Shown: positions 14,278 to 28,121 of the stretch, one piece after another
Numbering within the stretch: position 1 is the stretch's first letter
How the letters are laid out: every line of letters starts with the position of its first letter
Source: the human T2T-CHM13v2.0 reference genome, Homo sapiens
Assembly: GCF_009914755.1 (NCBI RefSeq)
Contig: NC_060930.1
Reading direction: 5' to 3' (one strand)
Length of the DNA: 64,000 bases
Made by a program: the position numbers and the translations under genes
Notes under the pieces: generated by a model
The model's database searches: none
Seen by the model: only the letters and a program-made list of their open reading frames with translations
What the model was told of the DNA's origin: nothing

Positions 14278-14850
14278 TGTACCAGGGGATTTTAATTTAT
14301 GGAGGTGACTGAGTGACAACATGGAGAGGCCAATGCCATCGAAAGATTATTTTTATTACTTACATTTCCCAAGAGGAGGGGGGGCACTTACATTAAATGT
14401 AAGTAATTTTATTACTTACATTTCCCACGATGGGGCGCATGGGGAAGCACTGGGTTTGGTCAGGATGCAGAAGGAGGAAGGGAAAGCCTGGGCCATATCC
14501 TTTAGTGGGGTTTCTGTGGGAAAGGGAAGGGCAGAGGAAACAGTTTAGGACTGGCTAGTTTGAGTAATTTCAGTGGGCTGTGGGTTGTAGGGGTGATACC
14601 TGGTTGTCTGGTACCTGGCCCTGGGAGATTTAGGGAAGGGGAGTATTGACTTACTGATGAGAAGTTGATAAAGGGGATAGTTGAGGGTGTGGTCTCTGGA
14701 TTGGTTAGCTGCATATGAAGGGCAAGATCCCAGACCAGCCCTTTGCACTAAGAATTGGCTAGCTCTGGGAGTATAGTCTCTTCCCATTCAGTGAGGCCAC
14801 AAATTCCAGAGCATCGGAATACAGAAAATAATGAAATAGAGTTGATATAA
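14278..14850 (-). mobile_element. ERVL solo LTR (MER74-like)
   Basis: ggctagtttgagtaatttcagtgggct...gttgtctggtacctggccctggg...ctctggattggtt..gcatatgaa...aattggctagc...catcggaatacagaaaataa. Confidence 0.65.
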
Positions 14851-14904
14851 CTGGCCTTGTGATAAATGGATGCCAAATAGACAAACACAATATAAGAAAA
14901 CAGT

Positions 14905-15370
14905 TTTAGAGGAGAGAAACTGCTTAGGGGATTACTGTAGTAATCCAAATAGGAGATGACATTGGTTTTAACTAGAGAAGTGGCTGAAGAGATGAAGAGA
15001 AGTGAACAGATTTGAGACATATTTTGAAGCCTGCATCAATTCAATTGATGATGAATTTAGATATAGAGTTTGTGGAAAGGGAGGATTCAGTGACTCCTGT
15101 TTCCGGCTTTACCTAAATGAAACATTTTGGACGGTAAATGTAGCATTGGTAGAGAAATAATAAAGAGTTCAGCACTGGACATGTTCAAGTTCCATATGGC
15201 TGTGAGATTATTTATGTAGAGGTATAAGTTAGGCAGGAGAGTGAGAGAGTTTAGAACTAAGAGGATGAATCTCAGGTGGTGATAAAAATTTGGGAACCTA
15301 CACTATATAGACAGTAGTTAAGGCATGGCACTAGATGAATTATCCAGTAGAGTTTGAATGACTGGGGGCA
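14905..15370 (-). mobile_element. L2 fragment; continues L2 pieces at ~9780-9860 and ~14200-14270
   Basis: ggagatgacattgg...gagatgaagagaagtgaacagatttgagacatattttgaag...ggacatgttcaagtt. Confidence 0.65.
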
Positions 15371-18300
15371 GATCATGCATTTGCCCACAGCCCCACCTCC
15401 ATTTGACCTGCTTCTCTCTTTTAAATAACCATCTTGGCTTCTGAATGTATGTGAGTTTGTCAGCCTTAATAGGCAAAGAAGGAAGACAGTTAAGCAAATG
15501 GCAAATGAAATGATTGCATTGATTTCTACGTGGTATTTGTTATACAGTGGCATGGACATGATTTGTTAAGTGTTTAACTAAAAGTAGTCCCTTAGGTTTT
15601 GGATTTTATATTCTAATGTAGATAACACATCAGTAGCCTGGCTAAGGAAGCTGTGGTGGCTGTTTAGTTTTGATTTCATGTGGTCTTTTTCAAAGTAGCA
15701 ATTTAGGGGCTTATTGAACATACAGAAATTGTACATTGTTTTTCTTCGTTCTCTAATGCTTGCCAGTAGTTATCAGAATTACATGACTATGCTTTTGTTT
15801 TTTTCTTTGTTCTCCCATGTTGGCTCTGTTTTATCTCTTAATGTCAAATGTCATTTCTTGGAATCATTCAGGAAGTTCTTTTAGTTAGTTTGCCAGTAAT
15901 GAAAAGTGGCAAGAAATGCTGTAAAAGAACCTGGAGGTATTTCACAGCTTTGGAGATGAAGGGTGCTTGATAGATTACTAGACAAGTAGTCTTACTAAAC
16001 TGCTCACCAAGTGCCCCCATACCCTGGATCCTTGGGTCTTCTTCCTATATCCGTGCAACTGAGGCTACTGTGTTAGCTTACAAGCAGGGTAAAATCTCAG
16101 ACTTTTTGTGATTCTTGCTGCCTACTTATGTGTACTCATGCTGAGAAGAGTAGAAGACACGAAGAAAGGAAGTATGTAAGCAGCTTCCTTGTGCTAAGAG
16201 TTATGGAGAGGGAGTAGACAAAGTAAATGTAAAGGATGCACCCCATGAAACTGCAGTAATTAATTTATTTTCTTGATTTTAAAAATACGTATATATGTGG
16301 CAAGACTTCTACCAAACTTAACAGGTGTCATTACTGACTAAATCTTGATTCGCATATTACTTTGAAGGATATTCATGCATCCAACAAATACCAGTGTAGT
16401 ACTGACAATGGGAAAGTCACTGCTATTTAATATATCAGCTGTCAATAGTTCATAATAGCTTCACTTTTATCAGAATGTGTGGCTGACTCTCATAGATTGA
16501 TGGACTCAAAAGCACTGTATAGAGGTTTTGGAGGTCAGGGTGCCATTTTCAACATTTTAAAACAAGGGAAATTAAGAATTTACCCATAGTAAGGCTGTAC
16601 TGGTTTTTAAGAATATCCAGTTCCTTTGATTTTGGCTATCTTATTAACTATTAATAATTCGTACCTACAGGATGTCATAATAATTAGCAACATTGAATGA
16701 TTGCTATGTGCTTGGTTTTAAACATGGGGTAATGAAAACCGTTATTGTTAAATAAAATATATATGGAAGATGGAGTCTTTCAGAATGTGTGGTTCATATT
16801 CAAAAATAAATACTGGCACTCTGAGATGGAAACCTCTATGTTTGTTCCCAGGTCACATAATTAATTGGTGGCAGTATGCTGGAACCAGAAGGGCATCCTA
16901 GACATCTCTGTTTATAAAATGTTATTAAAAATCATCTATGCAATTTTCCCACTTGGTTATAATGGTACAAAGTAAAGGGATACCATTTCTGTGTTTCTAG
17001 GAACACTTTGGTGTCCTGGTGTAAGCTGAGATAAAGATTATATTTCTCATCAGAAAAATTATAGTTATTTGTACTCTTTAAAAATTGAAACTGCAAATGA
17101 CATTTGTTTTCACGTTTATATTTATAAAGTCTTCACCACACTTTGTTTGTTGTTCCTACCTCGCCCCGCTTTAAGATTAGGGAAGAAAATTACAATCCAC
17201 CCAGGCTTCTTTAATGCATGAAGAACTTATTCTCCCAGAGTTTTAGGCAAGGTTCACTGGGCCTCTATTGTAACAGGAACAGACATATATTTTGCTTCAG
17301 TGAGTGTTTCTTGAGCTCATAAGCATTTTGAAAATATTGAATGACTTACAGTCCCTTAAGAAAGTAGCCATTTAAAAAAGCATATTCAGTTGAACTTTAA
17401 AAATATAATTTATACCACAATACTCAACAGGCTCCAACTGCTTGAAAGTATTTGGCTGCAAAGACATTATTTTTAGTGATCCTAACCATACTAGGAACAA
17501 AGAATTGCGTCTGTCAAAATGGGATCTCTGGCGCTCTAAAATAATCCACATGCTTTGTGAACTTTGATGAAGTCAGGCAGCTCTCTGTCATATAAATATC
17601 ATAGTGGCATCAAAACCTGGGCTGACCATGTGCTGCAGGTGGAATGCACACACTCACCCAGTTTCGCAGCAGAAGCAGCTGACACTAGTAGGGAGACAGC
17701 GCCGTCTTCAGTTCCTAAAGCCATTGGGGCGTCTGTGTGCTGTCCAAACCTGAAATAGGTAAATGATTCTTCATTCAATCCTCCCTTGAAAATGAAAATG
17801 ACTTCAGTAAATACTTGTGCTACAAATTACTCAGATGCAGTATTTACTCTTTTCCTGTACGTCACTGTATCATTTAGAGCCAAACTGTAAAGATTATGAG
17901 AAAAAAAGAAATAAACTCAGTGTTAGATAAACAAATTAGAGACAGGAAATGCTACACTGAAATACTGTCTGAAGAACTTATGAAATGAGTTTAATCTTTC
18001 TTTTAAGATCTGTTAAGACATTTTTGAAGGGATGAGAGATGAGTTGGAAGATACTGTTTTCTTTAAAGAAAATAATTATTTTTCATAAGCTATTAGAATA
18101 AAAGGGAATGTTAATATCAGATAATAGCATTATTATCTGATTTTATTATCTAATCATTAAGATTACTCACATTATCCTTATCTCTTGAATTTATCTATTC
18201 TTGTTTCATTTTCATTTCATTAGAAATTAATATATCCCTCTCTTTCGTAAACATAAAAGACTTTATTTTATAAAATATATTACATAAAATGTTAACATCT

Positions 18301-21300
18301 GTGTGAGCATTTATAATTGTGTTCATCCCTTCAGTCTACCTCAGATGAAAATATATACAAAATAAATTAAATAAAAATGTCTGTAATTATCTTTCCATTT
18401 TGTTGACATACATGTGTACCTAAAACTAGAAGAGAGCCCTGTACTTTTTAGAGTGAAGTAATAATGAAAGTGAAATCTTACATACCTTGTCTTATCCAAA
18501 AAAACGAGAACAAACAAAAATGTAAATTGTTGGTAGGGAACTTTAAATGAATACCATCCTTATTGATATTAACTTGCCATAAAGTGTTTCTCCTACAGAA
18601 ATGTTTTGCTTTAAAGAAATTTAAAGTAAAATTTGCTTTTTAAAAATTTAATGCAGGGATTTAATTCTGAGTGGTTTACAACAATGGGTTATGAATGTAT
18701 CACCATGACAGCAGGTTGCTAGAGTCTAGGAGTCAGGAGATGTGGCTTCATTAAAAGCACCTCCAGATAATGCCCTACGTTAGATTTCACTGAAAGACAG
18801 GAGCTGCTGATGCTGATGAGGGTGACCTCTGACATCAAGTCATCTTACTATAAACAGAAGGGCGTGGAAAGCCATTGGTCGGAACCAGGAGTGTTTACTA
18901 TCCAGGTCTCCTCCTATTTAACCTACATAACTGCACTGCTCCTGGAGCCCGAAGGTTCACGCCAGAGCAAGGTGCTTTTAAGGCTACCTGGGTGTTGGTT
19001 AGAGACTATAAACCTCTCAGAGCATTCTGTAAACCTCGACACAGTTTCATTCTACTGACAATGGAGACTGGAATTTATTGGCTGCTGAACTTCACACACA
19101 CGCACTACAGAACTGACTTCCAAATACAGCTGGAATAAATTTCAGGTTTTGGGGTTTTGAATGAGGTAAGTTGCATTTAGCTTTTGGTTGAAGCGTTATC
19201 ATTATTATTATGTTCCATGGGCAGTCACACATTTAAGTGTAGGCAGTTCTATCTCAGAGAAAAATATTTTTCTTGTTAAAATAGGTTGTTTAGATTTTTC
19301 ACAGTTTTTTAGTACAAGGATGATAGAAGAAACTTGTACATAGGAACTGAGCAAGCCAATCAATTAGAGAAAATCCCTGATCTGTTTATGGCTAAAGTGT
19401 GAAACACACTTCGTCTTTGTTTACTTTATAAAATTCAGCTATTCAAATTACATTATGTTAATGTTGGGAGAAATGCAGGTAACGTGATAAGTGATAATAG
19501 ATTACATTTCACTACAAAACTTTTAACAGTCAACTTTGTTTTCCCCTAATAGTACATGCTACTGCAGGATTTTAAAAAACTAATACCAACTATTTAAATG
19601 AAAGGCTTTTTTCTGCATAATTTGTTTTGAAATTTGTGCTGAATTTGAACTTTTCATTAGATTTGAGATGTAGTCATCTTGATAGATATGTCATATTTTT
19701 AAGAGAATGAGTGTTTCCCTCCATTTATGGAACTATTTTTTCCTGAAACCATAATAGTAAGATCAAGTTTAATTTTAACTTTTTAAAGAATCCTGTAGTG
19801 TTTAGTGAGGTTTACCTTCCTTTAGATGTGTACTGAGCACATACTTTGATTTAAAACCTTGATGTGGAAGGCTTTGGTATGCTTTGGTTTAAATTATTTA
19901 AATATATCTTTGTGTCTTTCTCAAGAAGAAGAAGTGTAAATTGCTGTTTTGCTGCATCAGAGGGTTGAGATGTGGGAGAATTGTCAAAATAATAACAGCA
20001 TTTGTTTTGTTAAAGACGACTGAGGGAAGCTTTGCTGTGTTGGGACTATTTTATTCTTGTGAGAACAACACAATTCAGGCGGAGAAAATAGATCTATTCT
20101 AAGTATTTGTGAGTACTGATTTACTGTTAGAGGTGGATAGTTAGGGAAGCTGCTGGAAGAAAGGGAGGATAGATTATCCCAGCCAATAAGTTTTCCCGTT
20201 TGGTTTACGGGGTCTACTGAGCATCAGTCAGCACTATCCAGTTTCCCACTTCTTTTCTGAGTTGTAGGTACTATTTTCTGAAATACTCTGCAATTGAATA
20301 ATGATGTTACACTACCTTATTTTGCGTTTTGTTTGTTTTCTAACCGAAAGTTCACTAAACCACTAAAATGTTACTTATCAAAAATGACCAAGAAAAGCAA
20401 ATACCAGTAACCATATAATGGGTTCTAACTTTTTGCAGGGGGAAGAAGAGGGACAGAGAGGCCAATTTTTTATCTCTACTTTGGTTTTTCTCTTTTCTTC
20501 TCCAAGTTCCTTATAAATTACTCTCGTTAGCAGTTTCAAAATTGTATGATCTAACTTTTTGATCCTGTAGCAACCCTGTAGAGGGAGATGGTTGTGTGAG
20601 TCCAGGGGTGGCACACATTTTGCTTTAGGGAAATGGTGCAAGCCAAATTTAACAGGTAATGCAGCTGTTGAAGAAATAGAAAAGCCAGATGACTTCCTAC
20701 GTGTATTGAGGAAACCAGGATAAATTGTCCTTAGAACCAGCTCCCAGAAAGCCATTTTAATTGAGGTCAAAGAGGAAGAAATTGTGAGTATATCTCAATT
20801 ATTTATTAGGTTTACCTAGAATGAGACCTTCACTACAGATATACCTAATCTATAATTCCTATACTCTTTAACCCTTGAGCATTCCTGCTGTATGAATCCC
20901 TTTAACATTTAGACTGCAGAGTGTATTTAATTGTTTATGACAGTCCAGAATTTAGGGACATAAAAATTGTGAAATTAACTGACTAAATTTTACTTTCATC
21001 TAAGGAATAAGCTTCTGCATATAAAAATTATTGTAATAAATTTCTTAGATTTTAGTTGAAGTTACACAGTTAATGATGCTGTTTCTTCTGGTCACATGCT
21101 TGTATGTGTGAAATGTTTCACATAGAACTATTTTCAGCTCTTAGTTTACAGGTAATTTAAATTGTTTTTTCTTTAATTTGACAATTTGAGTATTTCTACT
21201 CAAACAAATCATATAATTTGCATTCTTGGTGTGTAAATTATGCTACAGTCAGTGTCTTATTAACTACTAATGAAGAATTTTATTTTAGGATTAAAACCTG

Positions 21301-24300
21301 AGAAAAGGTGATTTGTAATCTTTTTTTATAACAATGGTTATAGAAGAGAGATTTAATATAAAACTACTTTAAAATAGATTTTAAAACTCAAAAATGTTGC
21401 TACGATGTTGTGGAAAATATCAGATTCAATCCAGCATGCTATAAATACATTTTTTTTTATTGTATAAAGCTTAATTTTAAAAATAAAGAACTTGATGCCA
21501 ACATTCTTGAATTTTCTCTTTATAAATGTTGCTATTTTAATGGAAGATCAAGAAGATAAAATCTGTAAAATTCAAAAATATGCCTGTTTTACATAATTAT
21601 TTTATCAATGTATTGTTCTAGAAATATTTATATTTTATATAAATTAATCTACAGATATATAGAGATATATGTTGTTAAATTTAAAATTGCTTTAAAATTT
21701 TGTGTGCATTCTATCAATTTGTTTTTAAAGTTAAAGAATTTCTAATTTTTTAAAAAGTTATGGTGATACTATTGGGCACATTAGGAGAGTTTTTATATAT
21801 ACTTTTAAAATGTTTTTTAAAGTTTAGGCATATATATGTACTTATACAGACATACGCACACAGATAAACTTTAACAAAACTTTTGCATATGAATTGAACA
21901 ATTTTATATTGGTAAGTGAGACAACCTTTATAGTCAATTATTGTTCAAATTGAAAAGGTTAGTTGTCATTTTTACTTAATAGGTAAATGATGGTGTACTA
22001 GAGTATATTACATAATGATTGATATTTTATGTTTGGAAACATATGTAACTGTGCCTGTGGCCAAATTCTTTTGAAGTTTAATGACCAAGATGAGCTGCAT
22101 TTGTTAAGTGGTAGAGCACTGGCTTGTCTGGGGTCCTTTTGTGCTTGGCAGATCTTGATAAATGGGTGAGTTTTTCTTAACCTTGTGGCCAAAACATTCC
22201 AATATCTTTAAAAAAATTTATAAAGATATAGAATATGTTGCGAAAAACATGAGCAAATTTTCTCTATTTAGGGGACTAGGTTAAATTTTTAAGATGATTT
22301 TTAAAGCAATATTTGTGAGAATTCATAAATATTCATTTTAATGCAGGGAAATCTAAAGTTTCTGATATGTAATACTGCTGGAATTCTTCTTTCCTGGTTC
22401 ACTGCGAAGCTGCACAGTAGTCAGCAATTTTAATTTCGCTGCAGAAGATTCTACCAAATTAACATTATGATCATTAAGTGATAATTCTTTAGAATATTCA
22501 TTTTGCTCTTTTTGCTATGCTAATACATTGTAAAGCATTTATCCATCTTTCTTGTGACACCCAGGACGGCAAAGAAACATATAAACAAAAGGTATAAAGA
22601 AGACCAAGATATATGAGGAAGTATCTCTTTAGGTGTTTGTTTATCATGCACATTTGTGAGGAAAAAAATTCTTTTAGCGCTTATGTATAGTATTTATGCA
22701 TAGTATCAAGGCTGGACAATCTAGTCTTTTTTCCAATCTTAGAATGGGAGCTTTCATATGAGCTGTAACATGATATGTTAAAGCATATTATGGTTCCTTT
22801 TGTGGCATTTTTTAAAAAGTAATGTGTTACCTTTGCCTGCCCCACTGGGTAATAATGAAAAAATATACCATTAGAAGGAGTTTGAAATTTTCCTAAATAA
22901 TTCATAAAGCCGATATGGCATTTATGGCAGGTGAAAAAGGACTGTGGCATAGATAAGGAGAAAACGTGCTTTGGCATTTTAAAGGTTAATGTGATTTGAC
23001 ATTTGGTTTAATACTTACATACTGTACATAAATAATTGTGCTTTGTTTTTCTGTTATTGTTGCTAAGTTGCTTTTTGAATATATTCAACCTTGCTATGAA
23101 CTCTCAAATCACTTGAAAGCTATTGTGACAGTTGTAGTTGATGAAGAGTTATAGACTATAGAAGTTTTTCCACTTAAAACATAATTCCTCCCTAGTGCAT
23201 GATTTTGTCTAACCTCCCTCCCCCAAACCAGGGTCCTGGAAGGCCCTCGCATTAAAGGCCAGAAATCAAGTGAGATCTTGCCTGTGACAGCCCAATACTA
23301 AAGGAGTAAAATAATTTTGCCTTCAGGTTTTTGGTAGTGGATTTTATTTATTAATTATCTAACTCCACTATTCTTAATAGGTATGTTATTTTGTCTACTG
23401 TTGCACTTAGAGTATTTGATAGTATCTTTGATGTGTAGCAGTTAAAGAAGGGTTATGGCAGGTTTTCTTTGAATGGAAGTAGATGCAGACTTCCAGGTAT
23501 GCAGTAGAGTCCTCTCACTTTCATAGTCAATAAATGGTGATTTGGGCTTTTAGAAACACGGTTTTGGTTTTGCCAGGGAGAAGCTTGGTTAAGGAATGAT
23601 AAAGAGGTTGAAAAGTGATATAGTAAGAAAATGGAGGAATAAATAGACTTCCCTAACTACATGAAAAGAATTTCAGAAATGTATACATTTTACAGCTGCA
23701 AGATCTTTGTTTCTAAGGAAAACAAAGACACTTTATTAAAAGTTTTGTATTATTTAATAATTGGATTTTTAGAAACTGTATTTCTAAGACTTTAATTTTT
23801 TGACCACCATTTGGCAAAATGCCATTTTATTTTCCTTGAAAAGCCTCTCAAATTTGTATAAACATATTAAAACAGAGATATATTTTTTAAAACTCTTGGT
23901 GACAACTTTTGTGTTGCAAAGATTTAATGTTTCGAGTTTTTAAAAGTTAAGAAGTGAAGTATAACGTAAGTGAAAGATAGAAAATGAGTCGTATTGAGAA
24001 GTGTTGACACATTTTTAGCCAGTTGAGAAAGTGCATCTCCAAGTTTATATCCCTATGGGCCTAGCAGTACACCAATCCTATGAAGATCTTCACAACATAA
24101 ATCATATTTACTTGGATCCAAAAATAATCATAGGTTATCACAGTAAAGTGTACATCTTATGGGAAGTCCTTGAGTGGTATTAACTTTTAAATATTATATT
24201 TAGGATATGAGTATATATTTTCTTTCACACCTGTACGTAAGTAAACTTTGGAATAATTTTTAGTAAAAGCTTATATTGTAAAAATTGTTTATGTTTTGCC

Positions 24301-25859
24301 TATTTCATTTATTACATTAGGACTCAATTTTTAAGTTAATACCTACTTTTACATTTTTTTATGTTCCTTCATACATTCCTGAGGTATGTAATAGGAAAGG
24401 ACATATGTAATAGGAAAGGATATATTTTAATTCATATGTATTAAATGCTGCTAACTAGAAACCAGGATAATCTAGGGCAGCCCATTAAACCCTGTATCAG
24501 TCGGTTATCAATTTTTAAAAAAATTAATGTGATAAGGGCCAGTCAATTGAGATGCATTAAATAAGAACATGACAGCTATTCCTGGAATAAAGCTGGAATA
24601 ATTATTTAAAATACTTTTAAATTACATTATTTAATTTAAAATTCAAATATGGATAACTTGTAAGTATTAGAAAATATGAAAAATGTCACATAGCCATGGA
24701 CATTTCAAGAAGTCTTTTATTTTCGCTAAATTAGAAGCCAAAGGTAACTAAAGTTAGATACCATTCTGCTTAATCAGGCAATAATTTACAACAATTTTAT
24801 TCAACCCAGTCATAAAATTCATTTCATAAAGTATGCATTCATATAAGACTCTAGGCATTGATATACTACAGTTTTTTGAAATAAATATCACTTATTCAGT
24901 CAGATTCACATCTTAGAGTATTCACATTAGAAATGCCAACAAAGCCGACAAGTCTAAATTGTTGTTCACAGTAATTCTGTATCGTTTTCTATGTTTACAA
25001 AGAGTTTGGCATGCAATAATCTGTAATATAATCTCCATTTTTGGAAAAAAATATTTTTCTATCTGCCTATCCATGTTTTCCTTAAGCAATAGTGCATTTA
25101 ATCTCATTTACATTATATTTTATATTTTCTACACAGTTCAGTGAAGAAGTAGTCTTACCATCCATAAGAATATATATTAATAAATTATTTATTACATAAA
25201 CTTTCATTTGTGAAATTTTAATCTCGAATTTATAGTTGCTGAATCCACCTTTTGTTTTCAGTGTATAGTATGTCCTAAGACTCAATTATTAATGCTCATT
25301 TCAAAACAAAATGAAGTTCCAAAAGAGATCTTTTGAAAATGTCTTCTTACATTATTCTATTCTTTACATTTTTTATTCCCATTAATGTTTCACGATTTGT
25401 AATCAGAACTATTCACTAGAAGATAATTGGGATAATTGAGCCCAGCTATTTTGGAAGATGCTAGATATAATAAAAGAACCTTGCTCTTATTTGCAAACTT
25501 TTTTTATGAGTTAATTCTCCTCAAAAGATTGTGAGCTTCTCAAAGCACCTAGTGGTTTGGAAACATTAAAAAAATTAAGATTGATTTTTATATATGAATG
25601 TAATAGTCATAATTCCAAAGAGTCCAGAAATTATGGTATTTTCTACATATATTTTCCAGATATTGAAAGTATTAATTATTCTCAATACCAAATCACACAT
25701 TCTTTATTTTAAAGTATACTTTATGTTACTTACGTAAATACAACCTAAAAAGCTTGAGGGGTGAATAGTATTGTGAAATAAGAGATGCATAGTGTTGTGT
25801 AATAAGAGAAATGACATTTAAAAATAATTGTGTGACTAATGTAATAATATTGACCAGTC

Positions 25860-26385
25860 CTCTCTACTCCTTTATTCTGCTTTATTTTCATCTCAGCACT
25901 TAACCACTGCTGGCATTGTATTGTTCATTTACCAGTTTACTTATTTCTTGTATGTCTCCTCCACTAGAGGAGGAGGTGTTTGTTGGGCAGACAGGTGTTT
26001 GTTGGTCTAGGTGAGTGCTGTTCAGTAGAAAAATGATACAAATCCTATGCGTATTTTAAATTTTCTAGTAGTCACACTTGAAAAGTAAGAATCAACAGGA
26101 GAAATTATTTTATTTAACACAGTATACCCAAAATATCATTTTACTCTCAATATCAAAAATACTAAGATATTCTACTTCCTCTTTTTCATAGTAAGACTTT
26201 GAAATCTGGTGTGCTTTTTACACTAACAGCACATCTCCGTTCAATTCAGCCACATTTCAAGCTCTAAATAGCCACGTGTGGTTAGTGGCTCCTGTGTCAA
26301 ACTGCTTACGTCTAGTTCATCTCTGTGGCTGGAACACTGCCTCGGATATCTCAGGCATTCAGTAAAGCCTTGCTGAATGAGCAAA
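25860..26385 (+). mobile_element. L2 3' fragment interrupted by MER33
   Basis: ctgctttattttcatctcagcactta...tgtctcctccactaga / ggaacactgcct...cattcagtaaa..tgctgaatga. Confidence 0.65.
26013..26309. mobile_element. MER33-like hAT-Charlie DNA transposon
   Basis: aaattttctagtagtcacac...agccacatttcaagctctaaatagccacgtgtggttagtggct; hAT-type 8-bp TSD GTCTAGGT (26005-26012) / GTCTAGTT (26310-26317). Confidence 0.8.
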
Positions 26386-26694
26386 TCTTGATATTTTGGA
26401 CAGAAAAAGAAACAACGCAGAAGTTGTTTTTCACATTAGTTTTTTTTTTTTTTTTTTTTGGCTGTTTTTGGGGTGGTGGCGGAGGTGGATGCTAGAGATA
26501 TCTGGATAATTTTTTCAAAACTACTATTTATTTTGCTTACATGGAGTTTAAATGTTACTAGTGCTTGGTAAAAACTGGTTACTTCAGTAGTCTAGTTTAA
26601 AGGATTCCTTTAATGACTGATGTATTATAAAAGTAACTAGTAGGTTCTTCTTTGAAAATTGTTCCACAGAACTTTAATTTCCACTCTTAGTTTT

Positions 26695-27035
26695 AAATGG
26701 GAGATATTAGTCAAGGGTACAAAGTTTTACTTATGCAAGGTGGGTCGTTCCCAGAAATCCACTGTACAGAACAGTGCCTATAGCAACAATATAGGCACTA
26801 ATATTGTATACTTTAAAATTCACTAAGAGAGTAGATTTATATTATGTTCACACACACACACACACACAATTTGGGAGGAAATTTTTGGAAGTGATGGATA
26901 TGTTCACAGCATAGATTACAGTGGTAGTTTCACAGGTGCATTCTTATCTCAAACTCATCAAGTTGTATACATTAAATAGGTGTACCTTTTTGTATATCAA
27001 TCATACCTCAATAAAGTGAGATTTTAAAAAGAAAG
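26695..27035 (+). mobile_element. L1MA/MB 3' end with internal (CA)n
   Basis: gtcaagggtacaaagtt...tattgtatactttaaaatt..ctaagagagtagat...tcaatcatacctcaataaag. Confidence 0.75.
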
Positions 27036-27089
27036 GAAAGTAAACTAATGAACACAACTGGCAAATGTAGCATAGGAGAGAATGAAAGG

Positions 27090-27315
27090 CTTGATGTGTG
27101 GCCTTAAGTTGTAATTCCAGCCTTGCTAGTGTTAGCTGTGGGATATTAGGCAAGTTGTTGAACCTCTTTGCACATTAGTTTTCTAGTTCATAAGAGGAGG
27201 ATTTTATTAATCATACCTGTCTACATGCATTAAATGAGATTATATATATACATAGTCTAGCAGAGTGAGTGGAAAAGAATATTTGCTTAATAAATGGCAG
27301 TAATTATTATTGTTA
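27090..27315 (+). mobile_element. MIR
   Basis: tagctgtgggatattaggcaagtt..aacctcttt...taaatgagattatatata...taataaatggcagt. Confidence 0.65.
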
Positions 27316-27989
27316 TGTAATTGAAGTCAAATTTTAAATATTAAGACGTTTTGATCTTCATTTTGAACATTTTTAATTCATATGTTTATGAATTTTAGGT
27401 TCTTCATAGGTTCTGGTTAAAATGCCTTCATAGATCTGGAGTTGAAATTTGCTACATAACTTGCTTTCAGGTTGTTTCTGCTTCTCAGTGTTACTATATG
27501 GGAACTGGGAAGAAAATTGTATATATCTAAGCACTGTGCCTGGCATGTGGAAAACACTCAAAAATTTTAGCTGTTATTCATCCATTCCTTCATCTCAAAA
27601 ATTTAGAATTTTGATATTTATGTTTTCATTGAATACTAATAGTTGCTTTTCTTAAAATAGTTAAATATTTAACTCTTTTTCATGGTGCTTGGAATTTTCC
27701 TGTATTTTTATAATTTCTCTGAAGAGATATTGCATAGGTTAAAGTTCACTTTATTTGCAGCAAGTTGCATTCATTTACGCTATTCATCCTTTCTGTCTTG
27801 GTGTGTGTGTGTGTGTGTGTGTGTGTATTTCTATGGAAAAGTTTTCAACATTTATTTTTTTATTTATTGGCCCACCCCCTTGTGTGTCTTGTGAAAACTA
27901 GGATTTGAATTTAACTTTTTGGCATGAAATTCTGACTCATTTCTTGACCTGCTTGTTTTCCACTTCATTCAAAACACATTCAGAAGTAA

Positions 27990-28121
27990 GCCTGGGGTGA
28001 TGGTGCATACCTGTAGACCCAGTTACGTGGAAGGCTGAGACAGGAGGATGGCTTACACTAGGGAGTTTGAGACTGTAGTGCACCATGATTGCACCTATGA
28101 ATAGCCACTGCACTCCTGCCT
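27990..28121 (+). mobile_element. FAM (fossil Alu monomer)
   Basis: Diagnostic gattgcacctatgaatagccactgcactcc segment of FAM. Confidence 0.8.

Noticed and set aside
17680-17703. REST-like half site agacagcgcc
   Set aside because: The left half of the RE1 motif is missing.
18116-18141. 11-bp perfect hairpin atcagataata-gcat-tattatctgat
   Set aside because: Short and AT-rich; too small for a pre-miRNA or MITE and no TSD.
20378-20790. 130-aa minus ORF and a possible + strand cryptic exon ending at att|gtgagt
   Set aside because: No recognisable homology; the frame continuous with exon 3 has a stop shortly upstream; the splice signals are ordinary chance-level.
24385-24420. 19-bp tandem duplication tatgtaataggaaagga(ca)
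   Set aside because: Ordinary slippage duplication.
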